NCBI RefSeq assembly: GCF_003003005.1
Contig: NZ_PVTR01000001.1
Span: 267,108-331,107 of the forward strand
Origin: Mongoliibacter ruber
GTDB taxonomy: Bacteria > Bacteroidota > Bacteroidia > Cytophagales > Cyclobacteriaceae
Length of the DNA stretch: 64,000 nucleotides
Direction of reading: 5' to 3'
Shown: positions 9,901 to 17,764 of the stretch, piece by piece
Position numbering within the stretch: the first letter of the stretch is position 1
Layout of the letters: every line of letters begins with the position of its first letter
The notes under the pieces: generated by a model
The model's database searches: none
What the model saw: only the letters and a program-made list of their open reading frames with translations
Told to the model about the DNA's origin: nothing
Made by a program: the position numbers and the translations under genes

Positions 9901-10208
9901 TGATGGAATCTTCCGATCTACAAAGATTGGATACCGGATATCCGGAGGATGGAGATAATGTGGTAGAAAAACCACATTACAAGAATGGCCAGGTACATAT
10001 AAATGCTACCCAATATTTTGAGAATGTACCACAGGTGGCTTGGGAATTTTACATTGGAGGATATCAGCCAGCACAGAAGTGGCTTAAAGACCGTAAAGGT
10101 CGGCAGCTATCCTATGAGGATATCCTTCACTACCAAAAGATCATTAAAGCCCTTCAGGAAACAGATAGGTTGATGAAGGAGATTGATGAGGTTGGGTCGG
10201 TTTCTTAA
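6978..10208 (+). CDS. MmeI-like Type IIL/IIG restriction-modification enzyme (PD-ExK nuclease + gamma-class N6-adenine MTase + TRD in one chain)
   Basis: N-terminal PDYV...IEAKD (PD-ExK); DPATGTGTFL (AdoMet motif I); IIGNPPYSG (motif IV, ~8493-8504); 1076 aa. Confidence 0.85.
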   Translation: MSLELNDYIGNLNRRYRLGNATEHTFRGDLQNLIETLVPGVAATNEPKRIKCGAPDYVITKKDIPIGYIEAKDIGVDLRSKVLKEQFDRYRESLENLIITDYLDFHFYINGELVKTIAIAEIKSNGISPLPAFFEEFTDLIRSFCSFSGQTIRSPKKLAEMMAGKAKLLARIIENSLNSDASEEVDSSLKDQYTAFQQILINDIKTNEFADVYAQTIAYGMFAARLYDQTLDTFSRKEAAELIPKSNPFLRRLFQYIAGYDLDERIVWIVDALADIFRATDVASLLKNFGKSTKQEDPIIHFYETFLANYDPKLRKARGVWYTPEPVVDFIVRAVDDILKTEFDLPDGLADTSKTKIKVAIPTHDHRFKGGMREIEQELHRVQILDPATGTGTFLAKVIDHIHQTKFANQKGIWSQYVENHLIPRLNGFELLMASYAMAHLKLDLLLMESGYKPSKSQRFRVYLTNSLEEHHKDTGTLFASWLSAEANEANQIKRDTPVMCIIGNPPYSGESANKGEWIMKLMEDYKKEPGGKEKLKERNPKWINDDYVKFLRYGQHFIEKNGSGVLAFINPHGFLDNPTFRGMRWNLLKTYDKIYTIDLHGNSKKKETAPDGSIDQNVFDIQQGVSINLFIKTGNKKLNDLGKLFHFDLFGKREMKYDFLKKNSLRSISYKEIPINIPLHFFVDKDFESKKQYDNGFSISKIFESNSVGIVTARDHFTIHSTKNELKSTIELFMSLEDEIARTKFKLGKDVRDWQINFAKKDLEKNYPHQGVITQISYRPFDLRWTFYTGKSKGFHCYPRTEVMKNFTKENIGLVYKLGNSEEKSASVMVSKNMIDFRSWSRPGMQGGDYIAPLFLYDEIDDLFTKSKFSREPNLNPKILKEIEKALGLGFIAERPEGDGVCYADSGELRTEYRQSFAPIDLLDYIYAVLHSPAYREKYKEFLKIDFPRVPYPTDQESFWKLVELGGQIRKLHLMESSDLQRLDTGYPEDGDNVVEKPHYKNGQVHINATQYFENVPQVAWEFYIGGYQPAQKWLKDRKGRQLSYEDILHYQKIIKALQETDRLMKEIDEVGSVS

Positions 10209-10219
10209 AGTTAAATTTC

Positions 10220-11062
10220 ATGAATAAAGATCAATTGTTAAAAGTGATAGAATCTACAATTGTATCTATCTCTGCCTCTATCCCAATAGCAGCTACTTTT
10301 GCAACTGGATATACAGAATATAGAAACAGTTTACAAGAGCGAAATGTAAAAGAGATAATTTACACCCTCTTTAAGAGCCTTAAATCTTTAGAGGAAAGAG
10401 TTGATAAGGAATATCTAAAATCAGGAGATTTTAAGTCTTTAACAATGAAAGTATGTTTGCATGGTATGGATGAGATTCATGAAGAAAAAAGAAAGTATCT
10501 ATCTTATTTTTTAGCAAACTCTTGTGTTGTTGAAAATTCAAAAGATTTGATTAAAAATTCAGTTTTAGAAACCTTAATGAGGTTGAGCAAATTTGATTTA
10601 ATAGTTCTTAATGTATTATTTGAAGGAGTTAAAGGGGATTTTGGCGAGGTAATTAGAGGGAAAAAAAAATTCGATCTAAACTTTGCCTTTTTGATTTTTG
10701 AAGAAAGCTATGTTACTGGACTTTTACCTCAATATAATGAACTAGATATAAGAATTACCCTTCATTATTTAGAATCAATAGGTGTTATCGAAAATGCAAT
10801 TTCAAGAACATTCAACAGAAATTTTTCAATCGATATCGATGATTATCTTCGATCTAAAAGATTGGATGAAATAATGAATCGGATCCTTGAATTACAGTCA
10901 AGTTTGATGACAACTAATAAAAAAATCGAATTAAGAGAATTAGAAAAGGAACAAAAAGAACTGGTCGGTTTTAACAATCAGATTGAAAAGAATTATAATA
11001 AGCCATATATTATAACAAGTCTTGGGGTTAAAGTTCTGGATTATATTTCCATGATTGAATAA
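10220..11062 (+). CDS. hypothetical protein, RM-island partner
   Basis: ATG at 10220, 11 nt after RM stop; 280 aa, helical, no recognisable motif; very AT-rich. Confidence 0.6.
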   Translation: MNKDQLLKVIESTIVSISASIPIAATFATGYTEYRNSLQERNVKEIIYTLFKSLKSLEERVDKEYLKSGDFKSLTMKVCLHGMDEIHEEKRKYLSYFLANSCVVENSKDLIKNSVLETLMRLSKFDLIVLNVLFEGVKGDFGEVIRGKKKFDLNFAFLIFEESYVTGLLPQYNELDIRITLHYLESIGVIENAISRTFNRNFSIDIDDYLRSKRLDEIMNRILELQSSLMTTNKKIELRELEKEQKELVGFNNQIEKNYNKPYIITSLGVKVLDYISMIE

Positions 11063-11067
11063 AAAAA

Positions 11068-12552
11068 ATGAAAGAAGTCAATTTACTTTCAGTACTTAAT
11101 GCGGATAAAAGTTTGTCAGAGCCTTTACGATCTAATTTTTTTGAACATTACGGAATAAAAGAAAAATTAGGTGAATTCCAAGATTTAGATGTCTTAGTCA
11201 ATGAATTATTGGTTCATAGATTGGAAATATCCATGTTAGATTCATTTTATTTGGGATATTTAATTCCTCAAATAAGTAAAGAATTTGATTTATTAAGAAT
11301 TGGTGATTCAAATATTATTAACATCGAATTAAAGTCTGTAAATACTGGAGAAGCTATTTTAAAACAACTTCTAAGAAATAAATATTATTTGAGTTTTTTT
11401 AAAAAAGATATTAGACTTTTCAGTTTTGTTTCGAGTGAAAAAAAATTATACACACTAGAAAGAAATTCCGAATTAAAAGAATTTGATATTAAAGAATTAG
11501 CAAAATTATTGCATCGGCAAAAAATTGAAGAAGTTGAAAATATTGATAAACTTTTTAATCCCTCAAATTATTTAGTCTCTCCGTTTAATTCAACAAATAA
11601 TTTTTTAGAAAAGAAGTATTTCTTGACTGGGCAACAGGAAGAGTTCAAAAAATCAATTTTATTAGGAATAAATATGGCAGAAGCATCCTATTTCTCCATT
11701 TCTGGTGAGGCAGGAACTGGAAAAACTTTGTTGATTTATGACATAGCGAGAGAATTGAAGGAAAATAATAAAAGGGTTTTAATTGTTCATGTTGGAAATT
11801 TAAATGAAGGCCACTTTTTTTTAATCGATGCATTTCAATGGGAAATAATTTCAATTAAACAGTACAAAGAAACGGATTTTAGCACCTATGACTTAGTCAT
11901 AATTGATGAAACTCAGAGGATTTATCCTAAACAATTAAGGGATATTATTAGCAAAATCGATGCAATTGGAAATAATTGTATTTTCTCTCATGATATTAAA
12001 CAGGTATTGCAAAAAAGTGAAGAGGAAAATAATATTCCAGAACTAATAAAAAAAGAAACTAAAGCTCAGTCTTTTCGACTTTCAAAAAAAATACGAAGTA
12101 ACCTCCATATAACATCCTTCATAAGTTCACTTTTTAATAAAAGCATAAATAATAAAGCTATAGATAAAAGTTGCATTGAGATAAAGTTTTTTGATAGTTA
12201 TCAAGTAACAAAAGCTTATTTAAATTTTAAAACGGAAAAAGGATGGAAAGCTATAAATTACACACCTTCAAGTTTTAATAAATATCCATACGATTCATAT
12301 GCTATAGATTTTACAGAAAGTGTTCACGGTGTAATTGGTCAAGAATTCGACAAAGTAATAGCAGTAATTGACGATCACCTTAGTTATGAAGGGAATGAGC
12401 TGGGAACTGTAAAAAGAGGGAAAAAATTTTATTATAGTTTAGATAAAATGCTTTTTCAAACAATGACCAGAGCAAAAAATAAGTTGTGTATTGTAATAAT
12501 TAATAATCCTTCGGTTTTGGATAGGTGCTTGTCAATTTTAAATGGACAATAA
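11068..12552 (+). CDS. P-loop NTPase with SF1-helicase-like core and NERD-like N-terminal region (DUF2075/Nhi-like)
   Basis: Walker A GEAGTGKT, Walker B LVIIDETQ, helicase-motif-VI-like VHGVIGQEFDKVIAV, N-terminal D-x6-ELK; starts 5 nt after upstream gene. Confidence 0.65.
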   Translation: MKEVNLLSVLNADKSLSEPLRSNFFEHYGIKEKLGEFQDLDVLVNELLVHRLEISMLDSFYLGYLIPQISKEFDLLRIGDSNIINIELKSVNTGEAILKQLLRNKYYLSFFKKDIRLFSFVSSEKKLYTLERNSELKEFDIKELAKLLHRQKIEEVENIDKLFNPSNYLVSPFNSTNNFLEKKYFLTGQQEEFKKSILLGINMAEASYFSISGEAGTGKTLLIYDIARELKENNKRVLIVHVGNLNEGHFFLIDAFQWEIISIKQYKETDFSTYDLVIIDETQRIYPKQLRDIISKIDAIGNNCIFSHDIKQVLQKSEEENNIPELIKKETKAQSFRLSKKIRSNLHITSFISSLFNKSINNKAIDKSCIEIKFFDSYQVTKAYLNFKTEKGWKAINYTPSSFNKYPYDSYAIDFTESVHGVIGQEFDKVIAVIDDHLSYEGNELGTVKRGKKFYYSLDKMLFQTMTRAKNKLCIVIINNPSVLDRCLSILNGQ

Positions 12553-12565
12553 AATTCATGTTACT

Positions 12566-14131
12566 TCAAGATAAACTTTTAACGCACTGTCCGATTATCC
12601 ACTCCTGCACCGGTGGTGTGACGGCATTGCCACATTGCTTTACCTGGTCACGCTGATTGCCGAGTATGATGTAGTCAATATCGAAAGCCATGGAAGCCTT
12701 GACCTCAGGAGCTTTGATCATTCGGTAATAGCAATCTTCAATCAGGGGTTTTTGGTAGTTGATGAGGTAGGATCTGTCACGGGTGTTTACTGTACCGATT
12801 GGCTCAGATATCTTGGAAGCCTGATGACTGCCGTAATAGTATTGGATAAAGCTGCTCCAAGATTCATGTGTGACTATGCCATTGTTGATATTACTCGTCT
12901 GTGCCGGCATAGATTCGGTTGAAGGTTTTGACATGGATTTCCCTTTGTTCTGGACAACCAAGGGAACTCCCATCAGCGAATGGTTGATTCCTCCTGCAGT
13001 AATGGTTGACATGGGATGATTGGCGGGTTTTGCTTCACCCGTTTTGTTCATCTCAATTATCCATGGAGTCACTAGAGCTGAGGTTTGTCTGGTAGTTTGG
13101 GTAAGAAAAGGATCTGTTACCTTTTTGGCATTTTTCATTTGAGATCCATTTTCTGTTTTGATGACCATTGGAGTGGCTAAAGAATGACTTAAGTCAGTGC
13201 ATTGAGTTCCTATAGGTGATTCTATTGTGCTTTTTACCCTTCCGTTTACTCCGCTTACCTGACGTGTTTGAATTAAAAGCGGATCCACTCCGTACCTGTC
13301 CAATCCCCACTGAATCCTTTTGAGGGTATTGGGTGAAAGCGCCTTTTTCCTTTCTCCGATCTTTGTACCCAAATCGCTCCAATCAATGGCATTGAATGCC
13401 GCATAGTAGTAGGGTTCTACCACTGTGCCATCTTTCGGGCATTTATATTGATATTGGAAGCGGTATTTCCCGAATTTTTTTTGAGGGTTTTTCCAAACCT
13501 GCACGGCGTGGACATCCTTTCCGCAACATGGACAATGTGCCAATGGACGGTAATCAAGGTCAGGAGCTTTGTTTCCTTTCTTCCAGAAAACGACATACAT
13601 CCTATCCCTACTCTGGGGAGTTGGCCAGAAGTGCATGGAATTCAGGTAAAGACATTTGTGCTCATATCCAAGTCGGTGCATGGCTGCCAACCAAACATCG
13701 AATAGTACCCACTGAGTACGGGCTTCCACCACATTTTCGACAATCACAATTTCATAATCATGGTATTCTGCAAATCTGCATACGTCCCACATCGTGGCTC
13801 TGCTCCGTTCGGTGGATGGGTCAATGATTCCCTTGTCAAAAAGGTCGATTGTTGCTTTTACATTTTTGTGACGATTGCCACCTGCTGGACTGTGGGTGGT
13901 GCATTCTGGAGAAGTGATCAGAATATTGGTGCTTGGGTATCTTCTGGGATCACAGGCAGATATATCAGTGCAATCGTGAAGCGTATCGGGAAAATTGCTG
14001 TTGTGGGTATCAATGGCAAGTTTCCAGTGATTCAAAGCCATTTTGACTTCTACTCCTGCTTTTCTTGCTCCCTGCGAACTGCCACCGGCACCGCAAAACT
14101 GGTCTGTTGCTGTTATATATGAGTTCTTCAT
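12566..14131 (-). CDS. dcm: DNA (cytosine-5) methyltransferase, orphan
   Basis: FCGAGG (motif I), IVIVENV (motif VI), QCGNAVTPPV (motif X); motif IV is atypical SPEC rather than PCQ. Confidence 0.8.
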   Translation of the reverse strand: MKNSYITATDQFCGAGGSSQGARKAGVEVKMALNHWKLAIDTHNSNFPDTLHDCTDISACDPRRYPSTNILITSPECTTHSPAGGNRHKNVKATIDLFDKGIIDPSTERSRATMWDVCRFAEYHDYEIVIVENVVEARTQWVLFDVWLAAMHRLGYEHKCLYLNSMHFWPTPQSRDRMYVVFWKKGNKAPDLDYRPLAHCPCCGKDVHAVQVWKNPQKKFGKYRFQYQYKCPKDGTVVEPYYYAAFNAIDWSDLGTKIGERKKALSPNTLKRIQWGLDRYGVDPLLIQTRQVSGVNGRVKSTIESPIGTQCTDLSHSLATPMVIKTENGSQMKNAKKVTDPFLTQTTRQTSALVTPWIIEMNKTGEAKPANHPMSTITAGGINHSLMGVPLVVQNKGKSMSKPSTESMPAQTSNINNGIVTHESWSSFIQYYYGSHQASKISEPIGTVNTRDRSYLINYQKPLIEDCYYRMIKAPEVKASMAFDIDYIILGNQRDQVKQCGNAVTPPVQEWIIGQCVKSLS

Positions 14132-14184
14132 TTTGATTTTAGATTTTAGATTTAAGAATTAAGATTTAAAAAGGGATAATCTTT

Positions 14185-14595
14185 TCAGAGGTCTGCCTCC
14201 ATTACTTTAAGCTCTGCTTCGAGGCTTGCAATTTTATTGATGGTATTGATATAGCGTTGATCCTCCTCAATTGGAAAAAGGGAATCCCATTTGGTGACTA
14301 CTTTTGCCAGTTTGTTTTTGTATTCTGTGACCTTTCCTTTCTTTGCTCTGAGCTTATTAATCTTTTGCTGATCAAGCGTTTTTTGGCTGGATTCACAATG
14401 TCCCCACTTGAATTCTACATGGGCTTTGGGGTGTTGAACCTGAGCTAAAGCAGCCCGGTATTTGAAATACCAATCCCATTTATTACGGATTTCAAATCGC
14501 ATATCATCCCATCTGATGATTTGAAGGAGGTTTCCCCCCTTCTTATCAAAAACCTTGATTAGGACAAAGTGGGCATTATCATATACTGTAATCAT
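14185..14595 (-). CDS. hypothetical protein
   Basis: ATG at 14593-14595 overlapping upstream stop (ATGA). Confidence 0.5.
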   Translation of the reverse strand: MITVYDNAHFVLIKVFDKKGGNLLQIIRWDDMRFEIRNKWDWYFKYRAALAQVQHPKAHVEFKWGHCESSQKTLDQQKINKLRAKKGKVTEYKNKLAKVVTKWDSLFPIEEDQRYINTINKIASLEAELKVMEADL

Positions 14596-16100
14596 GATTG
14601 CCCTCCTTTCTTTGGCTCAAACAATGGATATCCTTTGATTCGGGATATTTCCTGATTGAATCTGGCCCATACGTTTTCGTCTTTGAACTTGAAGTGGATG
14701 GTGCCTTTTTTGTATCCTTTGATCTCGAAAAATTCCCAGTCAAACCACTGCCCAAATTCTACCTGTGGCAATCTTTTGCAGTCTGGATTTTTCTCCAAGT
14801 AGGAAAGCATATCTGATTCATTTCTGAAATAGACCGGATATGCCCTGAATTTTACGCTTTGATCCAGTAGAACTTGGCCCTCTCTTTCCACCATAAATTC
14901 ATGGTTGCACCGATCATACAGCGATATGGATTTGTTGTAATCCTTTCCTGTGATGTAGCATAGGGCTTTGAGTAGGTCCTCTATTTTTTCCAAGTTGTGT
15001 GAACCGTACCTAACAGCAAATTTTCCACTCCAGCTTATCTCGGTCAATCCGTCCAGGATGAATTTTTGATTGACCAGGTAATGGCTATTGGTTTTCCATC
15101 CTTCGACTGCATACCTGTTTTCATGGTAGTGCTTTGTGATGCGGTCAAATACATCTTCCAATGCCCGATCCATTCTTGACCTTTGTGTACCCACTATCAT
15201 TTGGATCATGGCATAGATATTCTTCATCGTGAAGGGTATCTTTTGCTGCGTCTCTACAAATTTGTTGATGTCATCCTTCACTGATTTGGTGACATACTTC
15301 CCCATGTTCATCTTATCCAGCACATAGTTCCAAGCGGATTTTTGCAGATCTTTTTTGAATTCCTCACGGGTGGTCTTGGCTTCGTCTGTGGTCAGGTTGA
15401 GACCTATTTTGGATTTGTAGAAAGTTTTGGTAAGCTCATTCATCCGGACAGCAGCATTAAGCTGTTCATCGAAGATTTTGACCGATCCGACATACCTTCC
15501 TACTATATCCCGGACAAAGTTGTAGCGCTGCAATCCTTCCACTTGCGCTTCTTCCTCCTCATCCATAAAGAATCCTTCAAACTCGCTTTCTCCGGATTTT
15601 GGTTTTCTGAGGATGATATAAGCCACTTCCACACCTGTCTTTCGTTCCGCATTGGAAAAGCAGTCACCCAGATAATCCATCTGTCCATAATCATCTATGA
15701 TCCTCTTGAGCACTTTTCTTGTTCTGTTGTAGATGTTGGCCACGGTTTCCCAATTGCAAAGTGCCCTGATCTCGCAGCCTTCGGGAGCAATTTCCCAAGC
15801 ATGAAGGATATGCCGTGCATCTTCACTAAATGGAGGATTCATTATTATGTGTGAAATATGGCTTATCTGAGCGCTTTTAACTTTGAAGAAATCATCCTCG
15901 ATTACCCTGCATTTGAGCATAGCGCGGAGTTTGGGTTCTTTTTCAGAGGCAATTACTTCTGCGCCTCGGATAAGACAATAATCCACCATATTTCCAGAAC
16001 CTGCATGAGGCTCCAGTATTTTGGATTCTGGGAAAGCAATCCCTTCGGTGATCCGCTCGATGACTGCTTCGGGTGTTGGGTAAAAGTCTGAGTTAAACAT
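14592..16100 (-). CDS. N6-adenine DNA methyltransferase with ~330-aa C-terminal domain of unknown function
   Basis: FYPTPEAV, EPHAGSGN (motif I), NPPF (motif IV) in first ~110 aa; remainder unassigned. Confidence 0.7.
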   Translation of the reverse strand: MFNSDFYPTPEAVIERITEGIAFPESKILEPHAGSGNMVDYCLIRGAEVIASEKEPKLRAMLKCRVIEDDFFKVKSAQISHISHIIMNPPFSEDARHILHAWEIAPEGCEIRALCNWETVANIYNRTRKVLKRIIDDYGQMDYLGDCFSNAERKTGVEVAYIILRKPKSGESEFEGFFMDEEEEAQVEGLQRYNFVRDIVGRYVGSVKIFDEQLNAAVRMNELTKTFYKSKIGLNLTTDEAKTTREEFKKDLQKSAWNYVLDKMNMGKYVTKSVKDDINKFVETQQKIPFTMKNIYAMIQMIVGTQRSRMDRALEDVFDRITKHYHENRYAVEGWKTNSHYLVNQKFILDGLTEISWSGKFAVRYGSHNLEKIEDLLKALCYITGKDYNKSISLYDRCNHEFMVEREGQVLLDQSVKFRAYPVYFRNESDMLSYLEKNPDCKRLPQVEFGQWFDWEFFEIKGYKKGTIHFKFKDENVWARFNQEISRIKGYPLFEPKKGGQS

Positions 16101-16119
16101 ATTTTTTGTAATGCCTGCT

Positions 16120-16290
16120 TTATCCTCCCGGCATGGAGACTAAGTGATAAAATGAAAGCACCTTATCACGAAGTCTCAAGGACTGAAGGCAAGGTGGAAC
16201 GGAATAAAACCTCTCCCCCGAGCTATCGGGGCCCTTCCTATTTATGCCGTAGTACCTTGTGTGGATTTGATGTCAGTTAGGACCTGTGTC
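16120..16290. promoter_or_regulatory. conserved non-coding block, copy B (homologous to 940-1060), directly 5' of the 502-aa MTase
   Basis: shares three conserved cores with copy A in same order and orientation. Confidence 0.4.
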
Positions 16291-16346
16291 CTTGATGCGA
16301 GTAAATTTGTGTGTTCATAGTATCACCACTTTCTTGATTTCAGATT

Positions 16347-16934
16347 TCAGATTGGGTTCAGTTCAGAAGTTTCAAATGATTCTTCATTGATAGGTTCAAT
16401 AGTTTTCAGATATTTTTTATTGAGATTTAAATTGATAATCTGACCTTTTATTCCCGATTTGATCAGAGAATTGAAATTTGATTCGTTGAAAGCAATAAGT
16501 ACTGAAGGGCCTCCAGAATTTGCCTTTGCCTTAATTCCTTCAACCGTATAAAAGCTTAGTCTACCTCTGATGAAAAGCATACCATAAGCTTTTTCCCAAG
16601 CCCAATCAAAAAAGGTAGTTGTTTCAGTTCTTGCAAAAATTAAAGCAATACCATTTTTGTGAGCTGCCAGCTTTTCTAGCCAAACTTTTGATTGGTCACC
16701 GTACGGGGGATTACACCATACTCTTCCAAACCAGTCTTTAGTAAGCCCATTTTCCACTTTGGAAAAATGGGTTGAAGCAGTATCCCATGGTCGGTTAATA
16801 GGCGAGCATGGATCAAGATCAAAAGGACCTAATGCATTAATAATTTCGGGTGGTGTTAGCCATTCATCATTCTTCATTTTGGAAGATTGATGAGACCCTA
16901 TTCCGTTTTTTTTCTTGTTTCTTGGCTCTAGCAT
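16347..16934 (-). CDS. dam: phage-type DNA N6-adenine methyltransferase (Dam, T1/pfam05869-like)
   Basis: WCNPPYGD catalytic motif and family-typical flanks. Confidence 0.85.
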   Translation of the reverse strand: MLEPRNKKKNGIGSHQSSKMKNDEWLTPPEIINALGPFDLDPCSPINRPWDTASTHFSKVENGLTKDWFGRVWCNPPYGDQSKVWLEKLAAHKNGIALIFARTETTTFFDWAWEKAYGMLFIRGRLSFYTVEGIKAKANSGGPSVLIAFNESNFNSLIKSGIKGQIINLNLNKKYLKTIEPINEESFETSELNPI

Positions 16935-16936
16935 TT

Positions 16937-17179
16937 TTAAGTTCTTTTCTTCAGAGTATCCAATTTTTCCTTTAATTCTTTGAGGGATTGTAATGCGTCA
17001 ATCACTTCGTTCATACCGTTGATGGCATCATTTAACTCACTATCTTTGGCAGCTTCGACTTTGTGAAAGTTGACTTTATCAAGGATTTGTTCTTTGGCTT
17101 GTTCGATACTATTGGCGAGTACTTTTGACTTCATTTTCTTTCCAAAAAACTCGAAGTAAACTTCATATTCCTGTAGCAT
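16937..17179 (-). CDS. hypothetical coiled-coil protein
   Basis: ATG 17177-17179; stop abuts Dam start. Confidence 0.45.
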   Translation of the reverse strand: MLQEYEVYFEFFGKKMKSKVLANSIEQAKEQILDKVNFHKVEAAKDSELNDAINGMNEVIDALQSLKELKEKLDTLKKRT

Positions 17180-17190
17180 GGTATGGGATT

Positions 17191-17487
17191 TTAGAGGGTA
17201 GACGAAAGTTTCTTTAGTCCTTCATTGAAGTCTTTCATCATTGCTTCGATGTTCTGATTTATATCAGCATCTCTCTGAACCTCCAGTTCATCTATGTACA
17301 GATCAAGGGCGCAGATATATCGGTAGAGTTCAGGGCTTTTTGTAAACATTCTGTGAATGTCTCCCAAGCCAGTTTCTCTGGGCACAAAGTCCTCAATCTT
17401 TGGTCTTGGTGGATTTGAACAGGTTGTATTGTTTTTCCTTGTGGTATCGTCCATATTTTCTATTTGTGATGTGCTGTGAGCGGTCAT
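17191..17487 (-). CDS. hypothetical protein (start uncertain; overlaps HNH gene as drawn)
   Basis: internal Met codons would shorten it to ~17454 or ~17349 and remove the overlap. Confidence 0.35.
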   Translation of the reverse strand: MTAHSTSQIENMDDTTRKNNTTCSNPPRPKIEDFVPRETGLGDIHRMFTKSPELYRYICALDLYIDELEVQRDADINQNIEAMMKDFNEGLKKLSSTL

Positions 17488-17713
17488 GGTTTAGATGGCA
17501 TCGCTGACAGAGAGCCGCCAAATTGCTGAACCGGTTGTTACTTCTGTCCCGGTCGATGTGAGCTACGGTCAGGATCACTTTGGATCCAGTGTCTGGGTGA
17601 GGCTGGTAGTTAACAGCGCCACACCATTCACAGTGATTCTTTGCGCGTTGAAACCGTATCAGTCTACTGATCAGGCTCCATTTGGGATGGTATTTGGAGT
17701 AGTCTATGGGCAT
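17393..17713 (-). CDS. HNH endonuclease
   Basis: HCEWCG...H-x3-D...N...CQRCHLNHD zinc-finger/HNH layout. Confidence 0.8.
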   Translation of the reverse strand: MPIDYSKYHPKWSLISRLIRFQRAKNHCEWCGAVNYQPHPDTGSKVILTVAHIDRDRSNNRFSNLAALCQRCHLNHDRSQHITNRKYGRYHKEKQYNLFKSTKTKD

Positions 17714-17764
17714 GTTCGATTTTAGATTGGGGTGGTTAGTGAAGACAAAACCACGGAGTTAATT

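Noticed and set aside
12635-14122. several plus-strand ORFs inside the dcm gene
   Set aside because: Antisense to a gene with clear C5-MTase motifs; typical spurious ORFs.
16330-16350. GATTTCAGATTTCAG array resembling the TTTAGATTT leader repeat
   Set aside because: It lies inside the C-terminal coding sequence and stop of the Dam gene and differs (TTTCAGA versus TTTTAGA). Probably coincidental.
17393-17487. 95-nt out-of-frame overlap between the HNH gene and the 98-aa ORF
   Set aside because: Most likely an over-extended start in the six-frame track. Internal Met codons at ~17454 or ~17349 remove or shrink the overlap. No slippery sequence noted.
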